This document shows, piece after piece, positions 38,371 to 50,680 of a stretch of 64,000 bases of DNA. The notes below the pieces were generated by a model that made no database searches, was not told the DNA's origin, and saw only the letters and a program-made list of their open reading frames with translations. Position numbers and translations under genes: made by a program. This DNA comes from Octopus sinensis (taxonomy: Eukaryota), in contig NC_043007.1 of NCBI RefSeq assembly GCF_006345805.1, positions 36,952,001 to 37,016,000 of the forward strand, written 5' to 3'. Every line of letters begins with the position of its first letter. Within the stretch, counting starts at the first letter, position 1.

Positions 38371-38591
38371 ATTTATAATTGTTAAATTTCTAAATTTATA
38401 TAAATTAATTTATGTATTGGCTTAAGTCTTTCTTTGTTTGATTTGCATAATAGTGGTTTTGTCTCTAATTTATTATAATTATTATATATATATATATATT
38501 ATATATATATATATTATATATATATATATATAATAGATATATTATATATATATATATGTATATGTATATTATATATAAATGCATACACATA

Positions 38592-38840
38592 TGTGAAGTT
38601 TGTCCACTCGTAACCGAAGAGAGTCATCATTGACAATTACCCCTGCAAAATGTCAGCAATTCTTGTGCATAAGGTTATTTCAACCGCGGTCGACTTTAGC
38701 CGGGCTCATACCCGCGGCTTCCATGCTCTCCGCGGCTCCACTCTATTTGGCCGGGCTTTGAATATGACCTCGACAGCGATCGCGCAACCTAAAATTTTAC
38801 GTTCAATATGAACGCTTCACAGACCCTCCCCATCCCATTA
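38592..38840 (-). mobile_element. Possible 3' LTR (230 bp) preceded by a polypurine tract
   Basis: TGTGAAG...CTTCACA inverted termini (38592, 38821); PPT-like GGGATGGGGAGGG directly upstream on minus; no TSD or pol evidence. Confidence 0.4.
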
Positions 38841-39269
38841 ACAGAGATAAGCTGACCAGAGATAAGCTAGGGTGACATGTCATGTGCTAATATGGATTAC
38901 CGGCTTAGGAATGTGGGAGCACCAATATCTTAAGCGCAAGCAAAAAACCCTCAAAATGTCCAATGCCATCCCCTGCATATCCGGTTTTATATCAGTGTGG
39001 CCTTCTCTTAGAGACATGCTTTAACAAAGGCTAAGTGGTGCCTCATTCTCAGTATTCTACCAGCACGCCGGACACCAACTCAGAATTTCTGTGGTCCCGT
39101 GCAATTGCTAGATAGTCGCTATTCTTTTGGCAGATCTTGTTTTTAGTCCAGCTGAGTATCTAACAAGCCTCCTCACTAGTCAAGCATAGTGGCGGGATGG
39201 TGGAGGGACCACTTTAGTCGCTGATGATCCTATCATGCAACAGGTTGTACTGGATTTCATGTTGCGAGT

Positions 39270-39596
39270 GGCACACACTGACCGTGGGATCGCACCTAGA
39301 AAGTTACCCTCCCAGACACAAGTCCCGGGCAAGGTGGTTTATGGAAGACCAGCAGTCGCCCATGCATACCGGCCTCCCCTCTCCACACCACCAGTGTTAT
39401 CCAAGGGAAAGACAAGGGCCGATACAAGCTTGGCACCTGTGACATCGCAACTCATTTCTACAGCTGAGTGAACTGGAGCAACATGAAATAAAGTGTTTGC
39501 TCAAGAGCACAACACGCAGCCCGGTCCAGGATTCGAGCTCACAACTTCACGATCTTAAGCTCGACGCTCTAACCACTGAGCCATGTGCCTTCACTG
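39270..39596 (-). mobile_element. SINE-C
   Basis: Homology to 1488-1800. Confidence 0.85.
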
Positions 39597-39634
39597 GCCT
39601 GATAGTGTGTACTTATATATACATATCTTTTATC

Positions 39635-39990
39635 TATTTTCTTTTACTTTCCTTCAGTCACTTGGATTACGGCCATGCTGGGGCACGGACTTGAAGAATT
39701 TTAGTTGAAGACATCGACCCCAAGACTTATTTTTAAAGCGTGATACTTATTCTGTCGGTTCTTTTGCCGAACCGCTATATTACGGGTATGTAAACACATC
39801 AGCACTAGCTGTCAAGCAGTGGTGGAGGACAAACACACATGTGCACATATACGACGGGCTTCTTTCAGTTTCCATTTACCAAATCTACTCACAAAGCTTT
39901 GATTGACCCGAGGTTATAGTGCCTAAGGTGCCATACTGAGACTGAACCCAGAACCATGTGGCTAGGAAGCAAACTTCTTACCACACAGCC
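39635..39990 (-). mobile_element. SINE-A, diverged
   Basis: Homology to 11-432. Confidence 0.8.
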
Positions 39991-40204
39991 ACGCTTGAGC
40001 TTATAAATACATACATACATACACACATACACACACGAGCGCGGGAGCGCGCGTGCACGAATGCACACATACACACACACACACGCACACACACATACAC
40101 ACACGCTCACACAAAGACACATGCACAAACATAAACACACTGGGTACGAGAGATATTTTAGGACATTTAATTATCACCATATTACTTTCTTCAATCTAAT
40201 ACTC

Positions 40205-40470
40205 TTTTACTCTTTTACTTGTTTCAGTCATTTGACTGCGGCCATGCTGGAGCACCGCCTTTAGCCGAGCAAATCGATCCCTCTTATTCTTTGTAAGCCT
40301 AGTACTTATTCTATCGGTCTCTTTTGCCGAACCGCTAAGTTACGGGGACGTAAACACACCAGCATCGGTTGTCAAGCGTGTTGGGGAGACAATGGGAGAA
40401 ACAAACACAGACACACACACACCACACACACACCACACACACACACACACACCACACACACAACCACCAC

Positions 40471-40515
<45 letters not shown>

Positions 40516-40700
40516 TATATATATATGTATATATACGACGAGCTTCTTTCAGTTTCCGTCTACCAAATCCACTCACAAGGCTTTGGTCGGCCCGAGGCTA
40601 TAGTAGAAGACATTTGCCCAAGGTGCCACGTAGTGGGACTGAACCCAGAACCATATGGTTGGTAAGTAAGCTACTTACCACACAGCCACTCCTGCGCCTG
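40205..40700 (-). mobile_element. SINE-A, full length
   Basis: Homology to 11-432. Confidence 0.9.
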
Positions 40701-40719
40701 TATTACAGGATTTTAAAAA

Positions 40720-41990
40720 ATTTCAGATCTTTCATGGCAGATAAAATGTTAACACAAGGAACATTGTTGTTATATGTGCGGTATACGGAGATTTAGAAAT
40801 TGTCAACTTCCTAAATATTGAAAGATCTTTTGTATACAAAGTTTGGATGGAATTGGAAGCTTCTGGTGGAAATGTTTCGACTGTATCAAAGAGAAAATGA
40901 AAAAAATTCTAAGAATTCGGGCACTACAAGGACGTCGTAGTGCATTCATCTGACTCAAAGCATTATCGATGATGATCATAGAAAATCAATAAGGGCCATC
41001 ACCAAAGAACTTCAAATATTGGAGTTAACTATGAGAACTGTGGTACATAACGACATTCGATACAATTCGTATGTACTGAATAGAGACTGATTCACGTCTG
41101 CAAAGACATAGGAGATCCATCTGATCTGTGACAAGCGGTTACTTAACAAGGTTAAAATCCCTCACGAATATATATTTCTTTACTGCCCACAAGGGGCTAA
41201 ACATAGAGGGGAAAAACAAAGGGATTAAGTAGATTACATCAACCCCAGTGCGTAACTTGTACTTAATTTATCGACCCCAAAAGGATGAAAGGCAAAGTCG
41301 ACCTTGGCGGAATTTGAACTCAGAATGTAAAGACAGACGAAATACCTATTTCTTTACTACCCACAAGGGGCTAAACACAGAGAGGACAACAAGGACAGAC
41401 AAGGGATTAAGTTAGATTCCAATCGACCCCCAGTGCGTAACTTGTACTTAATTTATCGACCCCAAAAGGATGAAAGGCAAAGTCGACCTCGGCGGAATTT
41501 GAACTCAGAATGTAAAGACAGACGAAATACCTATTTCTTTACTACCCACAAGGGGCTAAACACAGAGAGGACAAACAAGGACAGACAAAGGGATTAAGTA
41601 GATTACATCGACCCCAGTGCGTAACTGGTACTTAATTTATCGACCCTGAAAGGATGAAAGGCAAAGTCGACCTCGGCGGAATTTGAACTCAGAACGTAAC
41701 GGCAGACGAAATACGGCTACGCATTTCACCCGGTGTGCTTAACGGTTTTGCCAGCTCACCGCCTTGTCCCTCACGAATATAGCATGCTTTGGTTCTTCTG
41801 TAATGAGCAAAATTTCAACAAATTCTCAACGTTTAGCAGAAAAAAATGACAGATGATTGTCAACAGATCCTTCTGATATCCCTAGAATGATGCGCGCTAA
41901 GTTTCAAGCATCTCTGCTGGTGAGTAACGAAGGTCATGTCACGTCACCTCTCATCTTTCCACAAAGCCTGAGAATTAATGCTTGTATCCT
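40720..41990 (+). pseudogene. Tc1/mariner-superfamily (maT/DD37D-like) transposase relic interrupted by a SINE-B trimer
   Basis: SIRAITKEL...VVHNDIRYNSYV, LLNKVKIPHE|YSMLWFFCNEQNF (frame restored when the SINE is removed), VSNEGHVTSPLIFPQSLRINA. Confidence 0.75.
41173..41765 (-). mobile_element. SINE-B trimer
   Basis: Junctions at 41346/7 and 41531/2; 15-bp TSD TCCCTCACGAATATA at 41158-41172 and 41767-41781. Confidence 0.92.
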
Positions 41991-42819
41991 GCTGTCTATT
42001 TAAGGATTTCCTGTATCCTTTCAGCTACTATCTAAAATGCCGCCTGTTTGGAAAATTATTGCACCCAATTGCTATTTAATATATTCGTTGTATTCCGCAA
42101 CCGAATTACGTATTTATTGTATCTGGCCGCCATTTAATATATTTATTATTTTCTGCTATCTATAAGCGAACTTATTGTATCTTACTAACTATTTATCGTA
42201 CCCTGCTGCTGCTGCTATGTAATAAAATTGTATCTTGCTGCGTGTGTATTTGTTCACCGATACAAAATCTTGGTAGTGTCGCGTATTTTCGTATGTGATA
42301 AAAACAAAAAAAAAGAGAGAAGAGAGAAACCAAAACCATAATTGAGATCTCAAATAACGAACAGCCACCAACATGATCGATTAAAATTAATATCAGCAAT
42401 GGTAGAACCGAACATCCGTTTTTTTTTTATCTCGTAGTATGCTATAAATAAATAAACAAATGAGTGAATGAATAAATAAAAATAAATAAATAAATAAAAA
42501 CAACATTATCCGGGTTTTATCGTGTAATGATAATAATCTAAAAACTATCTCTGACTCAATCGATAAGTTAGTTCCAATGTTCTCTCTGTGTGGTATATGT
42601 ATTTTTTTTTTATAGTCAGCAGAATCAAACAAATGGACGTTTGCTGAATTTCATTACTGAAGCGATTGACTCCTCTCACTCGCAATATATTTTCCCTATT
42701 TTGGAATTTAAATAAAAATGCTTTTGTTTTTGTGTTTTGTCTGGCTGTGTATTTATTATTTTTTTTACCCTACAAAGTCTTAACTGCTGCCCCACGGTTT
42801 ACTTATGACATGTATGCAC

Positions 42820-43440
42820 ACGTATGTACAGTCACACACACACACACACACTCTCTCTCTCTCTCTCTCTCACACATACACACATGCACACATACTCTCT
42901 CTCACACACACACGCATACTCACACACTCTCTCCTATTCTCTATCACATACACACACTCTCTCTTTCTCTATCACACACATACACATTCTCTCTCACACA
43001 TACACACACACACAAACACACACACACATACACACTCTCTCTCTCTCTCTCTCACACACATACACACATGCACACATACTCTCTCTCACACACACACGCA
43101 TACTCACACACTCTCTCCTATTCTCTATCACATACACACACTCTCTCTTTCTCTATCACACACATACACATTCTCTCTCACACATACACACACACACAAA
43201 CACACACACACATACACACTCTCTCTCTCTCTCTCACATACACACACATACACACATGCACACATACTCTCTCACACACACACATACTCACAGACATACA
43301 CTCTCGCCTTTTCGCTATCACACACAGACTCTCTCTCTTTCTCTATCACACACACACACACTCTCTCTCTCTCATACATACACACGCACTCACACACATG
43401 CACACACACGCTCTCACACATATACAGGACATGCATCCAA
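42820..43440. repeat. Composite (CA)/(CT) minisatellite with a unit of about 180 bp (2 near-identical + 1 degenerate)
   Basis: CTCTCCTATTCTCTATCACATACAC landmark recurs at about 42930 and 43110. Confidence 0.8.
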
Positions 43441-43521
43441 ACACTGCAAGAGCTTACACATGCATAAATATACAGACAGACATACACATATAGAAAGACA
43501 TACAGACATCCATACACATAT

Positions 43522-43745
43522 AGAAATCCCTATAATAATAGGTGCATCAGGTATGATTAAGAACGTAGAAATGCATAACCAAAAAAATATCAAGACTTGC
43601 GAATACAGAAAATAGTACTACCAGACGCTACATACAGAAAATAGTACTACTAGGCACCGCACATATCCTACGTAAAGTACTTTTAAATACAGTGAAAATA
43701 AGAGCACCATAACAAACCACACCTAAGGCACACAGAGCTGCGCTA
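43522..43745 (+). mobile_element. Dong/R4-type 3' end
   Basis: IPIIIGASGMIK...GTAHILRKVL; 3' UTR homologous to 7040-7100. Confidence 0.8.
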
Positions 43746-43844
43746 CATAAGCAGAAAACACGTGCGGTGTTACATGATTTATAAGATGTACACGAGTTTC
43801 AGCAAAATGTCAAAATAAGTGCATAACAGTAGATGAAACATTCT

Positions 43845-44040
43845 TTTCTTTTCTACTGTAGGCACAAGGCCCGAGGGGCAGTCGATTAGATTGACCCCAG
43901 TACACAACTGGTACTTAATTTATCGACCCCGAAAGGATGAAAGGCAAAGTCGATCTCGGTGGAATTTGAACTCAGAACGTAAAGACAGACGAAATACAAC
44001 TAAGCATTTCGCCCGGCGTGCTAACGTTTATTCCAGCTGA
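43845..44040 (-). mobile_element. SINE-B
   Basis: Head, core and CCTTGTGCCTACAGTAGAAAAG tail. Confidence 0.85.
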
Positions 44041-44343
44041 AACATTCTGCAAACCATGCACTTTATCTCATCAATCTCCCTGCAATAAACACAACAATCG
44101 ATTTTAAATCTCCAGTCTGTTCCCTGCTATTGTATGTTACATGCAGTATTGTTTATTTGTATAGCAGGGAAAAGTTTATATGCTTAGTGCTTTAACATCG
44201 ATTATTTGCCAGACACTGATGAGGTAGAGTGCATGATTACATAATGTCTCTACCAGTGTTATGTAATTATTTCGGCACTTTGTTGAAACGTGTGTATGTT
44301 CTATAAAACACTGAACACCATACCTGTTTTTTGCTTATTATTT

Positions 44344-45087
44344 TTATTCAGTAGTTTTATTTTTATCATGTGCTTTCATTGCACTACCGAACGCAGCTCT
44401 GTGTGTCTTAAGTACGTGCCGTGGTTTGTTTTGGTGCTCTTATTTTCACTGTATTAAAAGTCCTTTACGTAGGATATGTGCGGTGCCTAGTAGTGTTATT
44501 TTTTGTATGTAGCGTCTAGTAGTACTATTTTCTTTATTCGTAACTCCTGATGTTTTGGCTATGTATTTCTATGTTCTTAATCATACATAATGCACCTATT
44601 ATAATAGGGATTGTTTCTGCTTTTAGGCTCCACAATGGTGTTATCTCTGTTTCCTGACCTTTGTATTTTGAAAGTTTCTCTGACACAGTGTCTTCTGTTG
44701 GGAGTGATACATCTATAAGAAGGCATTATTTTGTTTGATTTCTGACAACTATATCCGTCTGTATATATTGGCATGTCCCAGAGTATGGTTGTTTTGTCAT
44801 TTTCTGAGACCTTTTCTGAGGTGTGCCTTTACCATCTTTTTACTGTTGTTACTCAATAGTGTTGGCATAACTTCCAGTGTATATAGGTAATGTCTGTAGA
44901 TATATTCCTTCCTAGCCAGGACTGGACAACCAAAGACAATATGATTTATTGTTTCTTCACCACATATTTTGCAGTAACTTGTATTTTTGTTCACTACGTG
45001 CTTCTGGTGGCTTCTTGTGGGAAGGCTTTCATCTTGAGCTGCAATTAAAAATCCTTCAGTCTCTGCTTTGAGTACTGAGCTCCTTAA
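44344..45087 (-). mobile_element. Dong/R4-type retrotransposon, 5'-truncated
   Basis: EWLRSSVLKAETEGFLIAAQDESLPTR...CKICGEETINHIVFGC (ORF 44797-45141) plus RLE and 3' UTR homologous to 6430-7141. Confidence 0.85.
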
Positions 45088-45089
45088 CC

Positions 45090-46366
45090 ACTCTTTTACT
45101 CTTTTTACTCTTTTACTTGTTTCAGTCATTTGACTGGCCATGCTGGAGCACCGCCTTTAGTAGAGCAAATCGCCTCCAAGACTTATTCTTTGTAAGCCTA
45201 GTACTTATTCTATCGGTCTCTTTTGCTGAACCGCTAAGTTACGGGGGACTAGTAAACACACCAGCATCGGTTTTCAAGCGATGTTGGGAGACAACCATAC
45301 ACACACACGCACACACACACAACACACACACACACACACACAACACACACACACACCACACATATATATATATATATATATATAGGAGATAAATAAAAAT
45401 ATATGCATACATACAAACATATATGTACGTACCTACATCTACATGTATATATACATGCATATATATAATTATACGGAGTACAGGACATCACAATAAGACG
45501 TAGAAACAGAAAAAGCCAAAAAACAAAAAACAAGAAAACGGAAAACGAAAACCAAATACAGGACAGTTACACAAGGACAAAACCCCCGTCATCAGCTGTC
45601 GCTAGAGGAGTCAGCATGTTTCGAAGGCATAACAGAACACTACTCCAATCCATGCCTTCCTGCGAGAGAATTAAAATAAAATTTCAAGCAGCGGGGCACA
45701 ATGAGTACGAACACAAACAAGACGTAACAATAAAACTGCAAAATTAAAATACATGTACAAAAACAAACACAAGGGGACGAACGAAAAAGCCTTTTTTCTG
45801 GCATAGACAAACAATAAAACTGCAAAAATAAAAACATGTACAAAAAGTACAATTAGTTACAAAACGAGAAATAACAAGAATACTATACAGGAAATAACCC
45901 ACACAAGGGGACGAACGAAGAAGCCTTTTTGCTGGCAAGGACGAAAGGTGTAGTAGCAGCGCGTGGAGGCAGTCTTTTCAATAGTGTAACCACGTGTAAA
46001 GGAATTTTGTTTTATAGGCAAGGAAGAGGGAAGGAGGAGGGGGACACGCGCGAAGAGAGAGGAGGAGGGGGAGGGAGAAAGATTGAAGAGGTTAAAGCAA
46101 AGGGAGAGAGTACCGCATCTTCAATATAATAATATTAATATAAAAAAAGGGGACCAAGAAGTGGATCGAAACGACGAATCGGAACGAACATATATATATA
46201 TATATATAATATATTCTTTCAGTTTCCGCCTACCAAATCCACTCACAAGGCTTTGGTCGGCTCGAGGCTATAGTAGAAGGCACTTGGCCAAGGTGCCACG
46301 CAGTGGGACTGAACCCGGAACCATGCAGTTCGTAAGCAAGCTACTTAGCACACAGCCACTCCTACA
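45090..46366 (-). mobile_element. SINE-A split by an insertion of about 800 bp in its internal (TA)n
   Basis: 3' half 45090-45300, head 46215-46366; insert 45383-46187 includes a Penelope-like piece. Confidence 0.75.
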
Positions 46367-46648
46367 TCTGTTGAAATTTTACTCAGTCTATTTCTCTTCT
46401 GTTTAGCTTATCCCAGTATTTGCCTTGTAAGGGCTTTTCTTGCCATCGTTTTATGGTGTTTTGCTGTTCTAGTTTCAGTTTGGATTTCAGTTGTTTTACA
46501 GATTTTGTTGCTTCCTCTTTTTTCTTCATAGTCGCCAAGCACTATGACATCTTTCTTGTATTTTTCAGCTTCCTTAAAAACAGAATTTTTGCTTTGTTTT
46601 GCTCGTGTCTTGTGGTTATTTGTACTGGTTTTCATTGCTTCTGAATTA

Positions 46649-47194
46649 TTGGGTTGTCCGAGAAAGTTCGTGTCGATTTATAGTGACATGGTTGAGTCCA
46701 TAAAATAGGATTTGACTACACCCCCATTTAGAGCACAGTTTAAGCTATCTTTTCGTGGAAGAAGATTTATGTGCCTATTGTAACCTGTATTAATTTTGTA
46801 ACCTTTTAAAATGGAAGATAAAAAAGTTCATTTTCGGCACTTGATGCTTTGGAAACCAGACAAAAATTGCTGCAGCTTGGCTGGGATGTGTTACCACACC
46901 TTCCATATTCACCAGATATTGCTCCTTTGGATTTCCACTTATTCAGGTCTCTGCAGAATAGTTTTAATGGTAAAAATTTCAATTTCTTGGATGACGTAAA
47001 AAGATACCTTGATTAATTCTTTGCCATGAAACCACCTCAATTCTGGGAAGCGGGTATTTTCAAGTTAAAGGAAAGATGGAGACGCATTGTGCAACAAAAT
47101 GGTTCACATTTGGTTGATTAAAAATGTAATGGCAAGTATTTATTGATCTTTTTCTTTCCTTTAAAAATCGGCACAAACTTTCTGGACAACCTAA
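46649..47194 (+). mobile_element. Mariner element, internally deleted
   Basis: TA TSD, about 30-bp TIRs TT(G/A)GGTTGTCC..GAAAGTT.GTG.CGATTT; MEDKKVHFRHLMLW fused to LGWDVLPHLPYSPDIAPLDFHLFRSLQN...ERWRRIVQQNG. Confidence 0.9.
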
Positions 47195-47265
47195 TACATA
47201 TATCTGTTATTAACATTATTATTGTGGTAATTATTAACATTATTATTATTATCATTATTATTATG

Positions 47266-47480
47266 AAGGTAACGGGCTGGCAGCATCATTAGCACACCAG
47301 AGAAAATGCTTAGCAACATTTCGTCCGCCTTTAAGTTCATAGTTCTAATTTCGCCGAGGTTGAATTTATCTTTCACTCTTTCGGTGTCAGTAAAAAAAGT
47401 ACCAGTTGAGCACTGAACTCAATGTAGTCGACTTACCCCATACCCTGAACTTGCTGGCCTTGTGCCAAAATTTGAAAGCA
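47266..47480 (+). mobile_element. SINE-B with CCTTGTGCCAAAATTTGAAAGC tail and (ATT)n
   Basis: Homology to 2198-2420. Confidence 0.8.
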
Positions 47481-47498
47481 TTATTATTATTATTATTA

Positions 47499-48350
47499 CA
47501 GTCAACTCTCGCTACTATGTCACCCTGCGGGACTGTGCCAAAGTGGCATAGTACCGAGGGTCTGTTATCTAAACACTACATAACCAAAAATTTACTGAAC
47601 ATACGAATAAAAATTCATAGGGTAGGAAGTAAGGCCAATAAGAAGTTCAATGCAATGGTAAAAAGAAGACATCCAAGTTTATTAAGTTCAGATTGCTTTT
47701 AGTTAATCCCGAAGCTCTCAAAAATTGTCGGCTGACGCATCTTCTTTCGGGGGATTTCATTCATTTCGTTGTCTGCGCTATCACAGACGCCTGCATGACG
47801 CTGGGTTTTCTGCTGCTCTGCTGCTGCATAAACTTTCGGATAGTGCTCCATGCTCTCTGGGCATCTGCAAACGAAACGTATTCCTCTTCCACAATTACCT
47901 CGCGTCTTCACTTTCACTTCCACCGGCTCTTCGTTATGCATTACCTCCTTTGCTATTTCTTCTAGAGTGAAACATGTCGGACAATACAAGGGGCGGTAAC
48001 TTGTATCAGATATTACTAATGATACGAGGGGCCCGACAATAACGTTTTTCGCAGCATCGATAATCTCCTTCTTTTCCTTCAGCGTAAACTCAGTCCGCTT
48101 GCGTTTCTGAGCTGACATTGTGTGCTACTTTCTGAACTTTTCCACAAGATTACAAATACGAAATGTACAAAATGTAGGAGTACAAAATTTCGAAAAGTTG
48201 CGTGCGCTTCAGTTTACAAGTGGCATAGTAGCGAGAGTTGAGGGTGGCATAGTAAAAATTTTTTGTTTATTATTTGGCCGGGACCGCGCAAAACTGGCAT
48301 AGTAGCGAGAGTGGCATAGTAGCGAGGTGGCATAGTAGCGAGAGTTGACT

Positions 48351-48351
<1 letters not shown>
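47499..48351 (-). mobile_element. Tigger/pogo element, internally deleted
   Basis: TA TSD, TIR CAGTCAACTCTCGCTACTATG, subterminal GTGGCATAGTA(G)CGAG repeats; ORF 47699-48118 starts MSAQKRKRTEFTLKEKKEII and ends KKMRQPTIFESF. Confidence 0.9.
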
Positions 48352-48415
<64 letters not shown>

Positions 48416-48553
48416 ATTATTAGTCAAAATTAAAAGAAGAGTGCCATTGTTATCTAGTGAACGATGTCTTCAACTGGTTCAAAAATAAATTTGTCAATCT
48501 ACTTCATTTTGGTTAATATATAAAGGATTGAGGTAATTCCTCCTGAGTTATTA

Positions 48554-48606
<53 letters not shown>

Positions 48607-48631
48607 AATTATTATTATTATTATTATTACT

Positions 48632-48850
48632 AAGGCGGTGAGTGGAAGTACCGCTGGCGCTCGGATCGAAATGCTTAGCGGTATTTCGCCCGTCGCTACG
48701 TTCTGAGTTCAAATTTCGCCGAGGCCGACTTTGCCTTCCATTCTTTCGAGGTTGATAAATTGAGTACCAGTTGAACACTGGGGTCCATGTAATCGACTCA
48801 TCCCCTCCCCACAAATATCAGGCCTTTTGCCTTTAGTAGAAAAGATTATT
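48632..48850 (+). mobile_element. SINE-B
   Basis: Head, core, CCTTTTGCCTTTAGTAGAAAAGATT tail. Confidence 0.8.
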
Positions 48851-48864
48851 ATTGCAGTTGTTGT

Positions 48865-48940
<76 letters not shown>

Positions 48941-49430
48941 ATATATATATATATATATATAATTATATACATCACATACATACATATTTACACAGACAAC
49001 GACACGCACACAATATATATATATATATATATATTATAATATATATATATATATATTATATATATATATGATATATCTATACATACATACATACATATAT
49101 TTACACAGACAACGCACACACACACACACCACTATATATACTTGTATATATGCACATGTAAGCTCAATACATATATACATACATACATATACAGATGCGC
49201 ACACGTATTATATCAAATATTGTATTATATGATATCCTGTCTAACAGTTTGTATTACAGTCAAGCCAGACTGACTAATCACTGTGATTTGAGTGACGCAG
49301 CTCTATAACTATATTAACCCTTGCGTATCAATCCAGGCCAGATCGTATTAATAGCCGTAGCGTGATAAATCCTTTAAGTCACGCAAGTATTAAATCAGAT
49401 AAGCTAGCGTTGTCCACAGTCAAGGTGCTT

Positions 49431-49513
<83 letters not shown>

Positions 49514-50234
49514 GCACACGCACACACACACAGAGACACACACACACACACACACACGCACGCACGCACGCACGTATACACATCTCTGTTCTCTGTATAG
49601 ACACGTCTATAAATACTATACGTATGAGAAGAGGCTGGATCAATTACGAGGTCCACAACATTGTAACAAACAGCAGCAAGTCGGATAAACATCAAGGAAA
49701 GGGATACCAAAATGGCGGCTCCTCTTTTCAGAAACAACGGCTAAATCCCCCTCAAATCTCTGTTTCCGTCTCCGACAAAGACGTACAGGATCTGTTCAAT
49801 TTGGCGCAAGGATTTTTTAATTAATTTTTTTTAACCAAACAGTTTGAAACTTCGTATACTAGTGGAATATCTCACGCAGAACACGGTTTGCCTTGAACAT
49901 TTTTGACAAAATTTCGTATTTTAGAAGTTATTTCGCGTTAAAGTTGTATTTGAGTAATTTTAGCCAATCAACGACGTGTATTCAGTTGAAGAGAGCTAAT
50001 ACTATTCAAGAGGAACAACTTCTGGGTCATCTCTACTAAATGTCACCATTCTGTTATAACTTTTCAAATGCCTTATTTTACAACTATGAGATGTATTTTT
50101 ATTGTTATGATTTTATCTTAACTATAATCAACAACAAAAATATTTCGTCAATATAAAAGTCTTTATTAGATTAAAAATAACATTATCAAAACCTGAAGAT
50201 AAAATAAAACAAATATGCTTTGTTTTCTTCCAGG

Positions 50235-50680
50235 CACGCTTGGGCAAGTGTCTTCTTTGTGAATGGATTTGGTAGACAGAAACTGAAAGAAGCCCGTCGT
50301 ATATATATATATATGGTTGTGTGTCTGTGTTTGTCCCCTCAACATCGCTTGACAACCGATGTTGGTGTGTTTACGTCCCCGTGACTTAACAGTTCGACCT
50401 ACGAGACCGATAGAATATGTACTAGGCTTACAAAGAATAAGTCCTGGGGTCGATTTGCTCGACTAAAGTCGGTGCAACAGTGTGGCCGCAGTCAAATGAC
50501 TGAAACAAGTAAAAGAATATATATATATATATGTACGACGGACTTCTTTCGGTTTCCGTGAACCAAATCCACTCTGAAATCCGAGGCTATAGTAGAAGTC
50601 ACTTGGCCAAGATACCACGTTGTGGGTCTGAACCCGAAACCATGTGGTTGGAAAGTAAGTTTATCACACAGCCACGTGCC
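50235..50680. mobile_element. SINE-A (+, about 50235-50520) followed by a SINE-A head-half segment (about 50530-50680)
   Basis: Homology to 11-432. Confidence 0.75.

Larger units (their letters stand above)
38061..38487. repeat. Near-perfect palindrome (about 209-bp arms, 9-nt spacer 38270-38278)
   Basis: Arms are reverse complements except two single-base indels near the centre; (TA)n on both sides. Confidence 0.95.

Noticed and set aside
41173-41765. CRISPR-like repeat array
   Set aside because: Units are SINEs of about 185 bp without unique spacers; eukaryotic context, no cas genes
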